From assembly GCA_029266795.1 (NCBI GenBank), contig JAQSWE010000020.1, forward strand, positions 1 through 33,385: a stretch of DNA of 33,385 nucleotides. The letters run 5' to 3'. The position numbers were made by a program, and so were the translations under genes. The notes below the pieces were generated by a model that was not told the DNA's origin, searched no databases, and was given only the letters and a program-made list of their open reading frames with translations. Origin of the DNA: Alphaproteobacteria bacterium (GTDB lineage Bacteria > Pseudomonadota > Alphaproteobacteria > Micavibrionales > UBA2020). Shown piece after piece: positions 29,696 to 33,385 of this stretch; within the stretch, counting starts at the first letter, position 1, and each line of letters starts with the position of its first letter.

Positions 29696-30283
29696 ATGAA
29701 GGCTGGTGTGTTTCGCAAGATGGGTCTGGTTCTCGCTTTCGCAGCGGCGCTCGCCGGTTGCGGGCAGGCCCTCGGCCCGGGCGCCAGCACACCCGAGCTG
29801 CAAGGCACCACGACCCTGACACAAGTTTTCAACGGCGGTCCCCAGCAGCCCAGCACCACCATCCGCGCCGAAGCCCTTCAGGCGAAGGAAAGCTATCACA
29901 GTGAAGGCCAGCTGGTGATCGAAGGCAGCGTACCCGCCGGTGCCACCATCAACGTTGAATCCGGCAAGCTGGTGGTGACGGGCGATGTCGGCAACGGCGC
30001 GCGCATCAATGTCTCGCAGCCCACGACGACGCATAGCGAAACCTATACGGGTTATTGCTACGCCTATAGTTTCCGCGGGAAATTCGAATACAGCTTCAGC
30101 GCGTTTTGCAGCCGCACCATCGTCGACGGCCTCACCTATAACGACAGCGCGCCTGCCGTAACGGTGAAGGGGACGCTCGGCACCGATGTGCGGATTTCAA
30201 CCCCAGGTAGTATCACCGTGAACGGCCGCGAGATCGTAAATCCCGGCCGCATCCTGCCCGTGGCGATGAAACCGGGCGCGTAA
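29696..30283 (+). CDS. Lipoprotein with putative beta-helix (paralog 2)
   Basis: GGAG RBS; ATG 29696; lipobox ALAGC; collinear with 29071-29613 (GKLVVTG.V and G.LGTD shared). Confidence 0.8.
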   Translation: MKAGVFRKMGLVLAFAAALAGCGQALGPGASTPELQGTTTLTQVFNGGPQQPSTTIRAEALQAKESYHSEGQLVIEGSVPAGATINVESGKLVVTGDVGNGARINVSQPTTTHSETYTGYCYAYSFRGKFEYSFSAFCSRTIVDGLTYNDSAPAVTVKGTLGTDVRISTPGSITVNGREIVNPGRILPVAMKPGA

Positions 30284-30291
30284 ACATATAT

Positions 30292-30321
30292 TTGACATAA
30301 TTATAAAGTTTCCGCTATAGT
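30292..30321 (+). promoter_or_regulatory. Sigma70-like promoter
   Basis: TTGACA-N18-TATAGT upstream of ATG 30354. Confidence 0.6.
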
Positions 30322-30353
30322 CTCCGGACAATCCATGCCCGAAGGAGACAGCC

Positions 30354-30611
30354 ATGCCGATTAACCCCAATGCTAAAGGCGAAGTGAGCGGTGAATCCCT
30401 GTTCGGCGATGCGGGTAGCCCGGAGGCGCTGGCGATGCGCAATGCGTTCCCACCGGAACCAAAAGAGCGCTATTCCGGCCTAAAATCCCTGCTCGGCAAG
30501 CTCAAAAAGGCCTTTACGGTCGAAGCGTCGAAGGACGGTGCCACTTGCGATAGTCCGCAAGGTGCCTGCCCGTTTAAGCCGCACAGCAATTTCCGCAACT
30601 GGCCCTACTGA
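30354..30611 (+). CDS. Small hypothetical protein (85 aa)
   Basis: AAGGAG RBS and a good upstream promoter. Confidence 0.65.
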   Translation: MPINPNAKGEVSGESLFGDAGSPEALAMRNAFPPEPKERYSGLKSLLGKLKKAFTVEASKDGATCDSPQGACPFKPHSNFRNWPY

Positions 30612-30657
30612 CCCCCTTTTTTCGTGGAACTTAATCCCACTTCCTCCATTCGCTAGA

Positions 30658-30708
30658 GTGGAGAAGCCGGCCATCGAGCCGGTCTTTCAAATGCGCCGGT
30701 TTCTCCAC
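30658..30708 (+). other. 14-bp stem-loop in the leader of 30732-30992
   Basis: GTGGAGAAGCCGGC / GCCGGTTTCTCCAC (one G-U pair); no U-tract directly after it. Confidence 0.5.
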
Positions 30709-30731
30709 CTTAACTTTTACCGGCGGCAATC

Positions 30732-30992
30732 ATGGAATCCACGCGTCAAAAATTTTGGGAGGCGGCGGACCTTCTTTCGACCGGCGACTGCCCTTTGCAG
30801 ATTCGCCTGCGCACCGCCGCCGAACATTTGCGCAGCGTCGATGCGTCCAAAATTCCCGCCCCCTTGCGCGCCGATTTCGAAAAAATCCAGAGCCTTACCG
30901 AAGCCGAGGCCGAACACCTCACCCGCGACGAAGCCGAAGCGCTCGCCTCAGCCATCTTCCACATCTATGCGGAAGTGCATGAGGGGATGTGA
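30732..30992 (+). CDS. Small acidic helical hypothetical protein (86 aa)
   Basis: Host-like codon usage; amphipathic helical pattern. Confidence 0.65.
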   Translation: MESTRQKFWEAADLLSTGDCPLQIRLRTAAEHLRSVDASKIPAPLRADFEKIQSLTEAEAEHLTRDEAEALASAIFHIYAEVHEGM

Positions 30993-31018
30993 GGGTTCTA
31001 TCCCCTTCGTAAATCTAA

Positions 31019-31702
31019 TTAAATCAAAACACCCTGCGCCTGCAAAATCTCCCGCGCCAAGGGCACGGTGACGGGGCGTTTTTGGGAGAGGGATTGTTTG
31101 TCGATTTCGGTCGCGATGGCGCGCAGCGCGGCGAAGCTGCGCTCAATGCGCTTGACGACAAACTCGATCACTTCAGCGGGGACGGATAGCTGGCGGTCGG
31201 AGAACAGTTTGGCCAGCACGATCGACATCAGCTGCTCATCCGGCTCCGAAATCGCAACGGCGGGCGCGGCCATGATGCGGGATTTCAAATCGGGCAGCGT
31301 GAAGCGCCACAGCGCGGGCGGATGTTCGGCGGTGAGCAGGATATGCGCCCCCTCTTCCTTCGCGCGGTTATAGGTGTGGAACAGCGCGGTTTCGCCGTCA
31401 TTACTGCCGATGAATTTTTCGGCGTCGTCGATGATCGTCGCCTGCGGGAAATCGTTGATGCCGCGCAGGTCGTTGATGTTTTGCGGCGTCACGTCCAGCG
31501 CATCTGTCTGTTTCTGCCAGACGCGCGCGAGATGCGTCTTGCCCGATGCGGGCGGGCCGTAGACGACCAGCGCGGGCGCGTTCCAATCCGGATACTTGTC
31601 GAGCCACGCAACGGCATCGGCATTCGATTGCGACACCCAGAGATCATCACGCTCGAAGGCTTCGCGGTGGCCGAGGTCGAAGGGAAGCTGCTGCGGCTTC
31701 AT
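31019..31702 (-). CDS. hdaA: DnaA regulatory inactivator HdaA
   Basis: N-terminal clamp-binding QLPFDL; Walker A GPPASGKTHL; LPDLKSR; RIERSF. Confidence 0.92.
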   Translation of the reverse strand: MKPQQLPFDLGHREAFERDDLWVSQSNADAVAWLDKYPDWNAPALVVYGPPASGKTHLARVWQKQTDALDVTPQNINDLRGINDFPQATIIDDAEKFIGSNDGETALFHTYNRAKEEGAHILLTAEHPPALWRFTLPDLKSRIMAAPAVAISEPDEQLMSIVLAKLFSDRQLSVPAEVIEFVVKRIERSFAALRAIATEIDKQSLSQKRPVTVPLAREILQAQGVLI

Positions 31703-31703
31703 C

Positions 31704-33290
31704 TTACCGCGTCAGCGGCGCAAGGCGCAGGTCATAGACCGCGCGGCCGCCCGGCTGCACCGAAGGCGGGCGCAGTTCAACGCCGCGCGAATAAAGCGAC
31801 TGCTTCACCGCGCCCAAGGGGGCGGTCGAAGACAGCGTGAAGGTCGCGCTGTTGGCGCTGAGGGAGGAAATATCGACCTGCACTGGCGGGTTCATGCCGG
31901 CCAGGCGTTTTTGCATGTCCATCCAGCTGCGGCTGTCGTTGAACTGCATGGTAGCTTCAAGACGGGTTGCGCCGCCTGCGCCGGGGTTCATCGTGCTGCC
32001 GGCAAGCGCCGGGCTCCAAGCTTCACCCGGCACATAGCCGCCGCGCGGTTGCTCATAGGCGCCGCCCTGCTGCGTGATGAGCGACGGGCGTCCGCCGCCT
32101 GCCGGCACTTCGCCGCGGCTGTCGATGATAACCGTGTCGTTGGGGGATCGCGTCTGCGCGGTCAGCTCGCGGCTGATGCTTTCGGAGACGAGGGACGGGC
32201 GGCGCGGCACATAGGGTGCCTGCAGATAGCTGATCGTTTCGGTGATGCCCTTGCGATAGGCTTCCGTCGCCGTCATATCGGCGGCGAAGGGCTTCAGCGT
32301 ATCGCGGCGGCGCAGCTTGCCGTTCGAATAGGTGTAGATGTCGATGCTAAGCTCGGTGCCGGAGCGGTTGGCGACGGCCAGCACAGCCTGCTCCGCATGG
32401 TAATTCGCCAGCAGCTTGTCGACCGCGCGGTAATCGCCGTCCCAGATGCCGTTGCCCGCACCCGCCGCGATATCGCTGATATCGCCGAGCGGCACGTAGA
32501 ACTGGCGGCCATTCGCCGTCGATTTCGGCAGCGCGCCCTGCCACATCAGCAGCCAGGGGTTCTGTTCTTCCCACAGCAGCGTCTGCCCCGCCATATCTTC
32601 AAAATATGGCAGGATCAGCACGGATTTCGCGATGGGCTCGAATTCCTGCGGCGCGGGGGCGTTGCTGCGCACAAGTCCGGGGCGCGCCTTTTGGCCGTAG
32701 ATGGATTCTTTCCAGTCGGGGCGCGATTCCATCGCCGTTTGCGGATCTTCGTCGATTTCTTCCGCTGCGACAGGATCGGGATTGTCGATGGCGGCCCCCA
32801 TCTCGACATGGTTTTCGCCGCTTGTTTCTTCGGATGCGACATCGACCGCTTCCGGCGCGTCATCCTGCACGTTGATATAGCTGCGCACGGCATCGCGGAA
32901 GCGGATCGTGAAGGTGCCGACATAGCGCGTCGTCGACATCTGTTCGTCCTGAATCTCGAAATCCTGCACAAGCATCGCGATGTCGGAATCCTTCGGCATC
33001 TTGAATTTCTTGAATTCGGCGGGGGTCATGTTCCGCTCGGCCAGTTTCTTGAACGCCTCGATGCGTGAATCGTTGATGGCTTTTTCACGGGCCACGACCG
33101 AATTCTCGGCTTCCTTGTCGACCACCACATCGGCAACCACCAGCGGGTTGGCGACCGCAGGCGCAGGGCCCGGCAGGTTGGGGGTCCAGGTGTCGCCGTT
33201 TTTGGGGCCGATTTGCGACGAAACAGGCGAGGTTATGGCTAACAAGCCGAGGATTATAGAAAAAGAAGCGGGTAAAATGACTTTGGACAT
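31704..33290 (-). CDS. DUF2066-like periplasmic protein
   Basis: Signal peptide; V.VD..A.N...AR..A, LVQDFEI..E...TRY and VLILP...LLWEEQNPW...VPLGDISD; typical position upstream of hdaA. Confidence 0.75.
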   Translation of the reverse strand: MSKVILPASFSIILGLLAITSPVSSQIGPKNGDTWTPNLPGPAPAVANPLVVADVVVDKEAENSVVAREKAINDSRIEAFKKLAERNMTPAEFKKFKMPKDSDIAMLVQDFEIQDEQMSTTRYVGTFTIRFRDAVRSYINVQDDAPEAVDVASEETSGENHVEMGAAIDNPDPVAAEEIDEDPQTAMESRPDWKESIYGQKARPGLVRSNAPAPQEFEPIAKSVLILPYFEDMAGQTLLWEEQNPWLLMWQGALPKSTANGRQFYVPLGDISDIAAGAGNGIWDGDYRAVDKLLANYHAEQAVLAVANRSGTELSIDIYTYSNGKLRRRDTLKPFAADMTATEAYRKGITETISYLQAPYVPRRPSLVSESISRELTAQTRSPNDTVIIDSRGEVPAGGGRPSLITQQGGAYEQPRGGYVPGEAWSPALAGSTMNPGAGGATRLEATMQFNDSRSWMDMQKRLAGMNPPVQVDISSLSANSATFTLSSTAPLGAVKQSLYSRGVELRPPSVQPGGRAVYDLRLAPLTR

Positions 33291-33385
33291 ACGGGGACCG
33301 GGGCTTTGACAGATTCCATTGACTGACACTATCTCCAGATGCGCCTAAAATCCAGATATTCCAGTCATATTTTGTTAAAATTCTC

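Noticed and set aside
29071-30283. Diversity-generating retroelement acting on the lipoprotein loop or the Rieske 3' half
   Set aside because: No reverse transcriptase and no near-identical template/variable repeat pair in the window.
33306-33351. Promoter for a divergent gene beyond the window (CTGACA-N17-TAAAAT; purM is often found here)
   Set aside because: The downstream gene is not visible and several alternative -35 boxes overlap, so it cannot be supported.

Overview
GC-rich alphaproteobacterial chromosomal segment; gene content and order suggest a Micavibrio-like or otherwise host-associated/predatory lineage, which is an inference. The housekeeping backbone comprises: an aa3-type cytochrome c oxidase operon (coxB-coxA-ctaB-coxF-like-ctaG-coxC-DUF983 ... 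SURF1-M32 carboxypeptidase-thrC); rpmH-rnpA-yidD-yidC-yihA; tRNA-Arg(CCG); a YcbK/MepK-type peptidase; lpxL-like, pfkA, YdcH-like, hdaA and DUF2066-like genes. Interleaved with it are about 15 orphan or paralogous genes: two HEXXH metalloprotease-like proteins, a vWA pair, an ankyrin-like triplet, two alpha/beta hydrolases, a beta-helix lipoprotein pair and several unknowns. Many of these share (i) Lys/Pro-rich C-terminal tails, (ii) an L-x-x-x-F-x-x-x-A-like helix motif and (iii) a TT[GT]AC[AT]TAA promoter element, which together suggest a dispersed, co-regulated secreted-effector repertoire. No secretion machinery lies in the window. Other oddities are a PetA-like Rieske paralog whose His ligands are replaced (CTLNDC...CPRC), two genes broken by an internal loss plus a +1 frame change, an alpha/beta hydrolase with Asp at the nucleophile elbow, and two adjacent REP-like palindromes. 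No integrase, transposase, CRISPR array or rRNA was seen.
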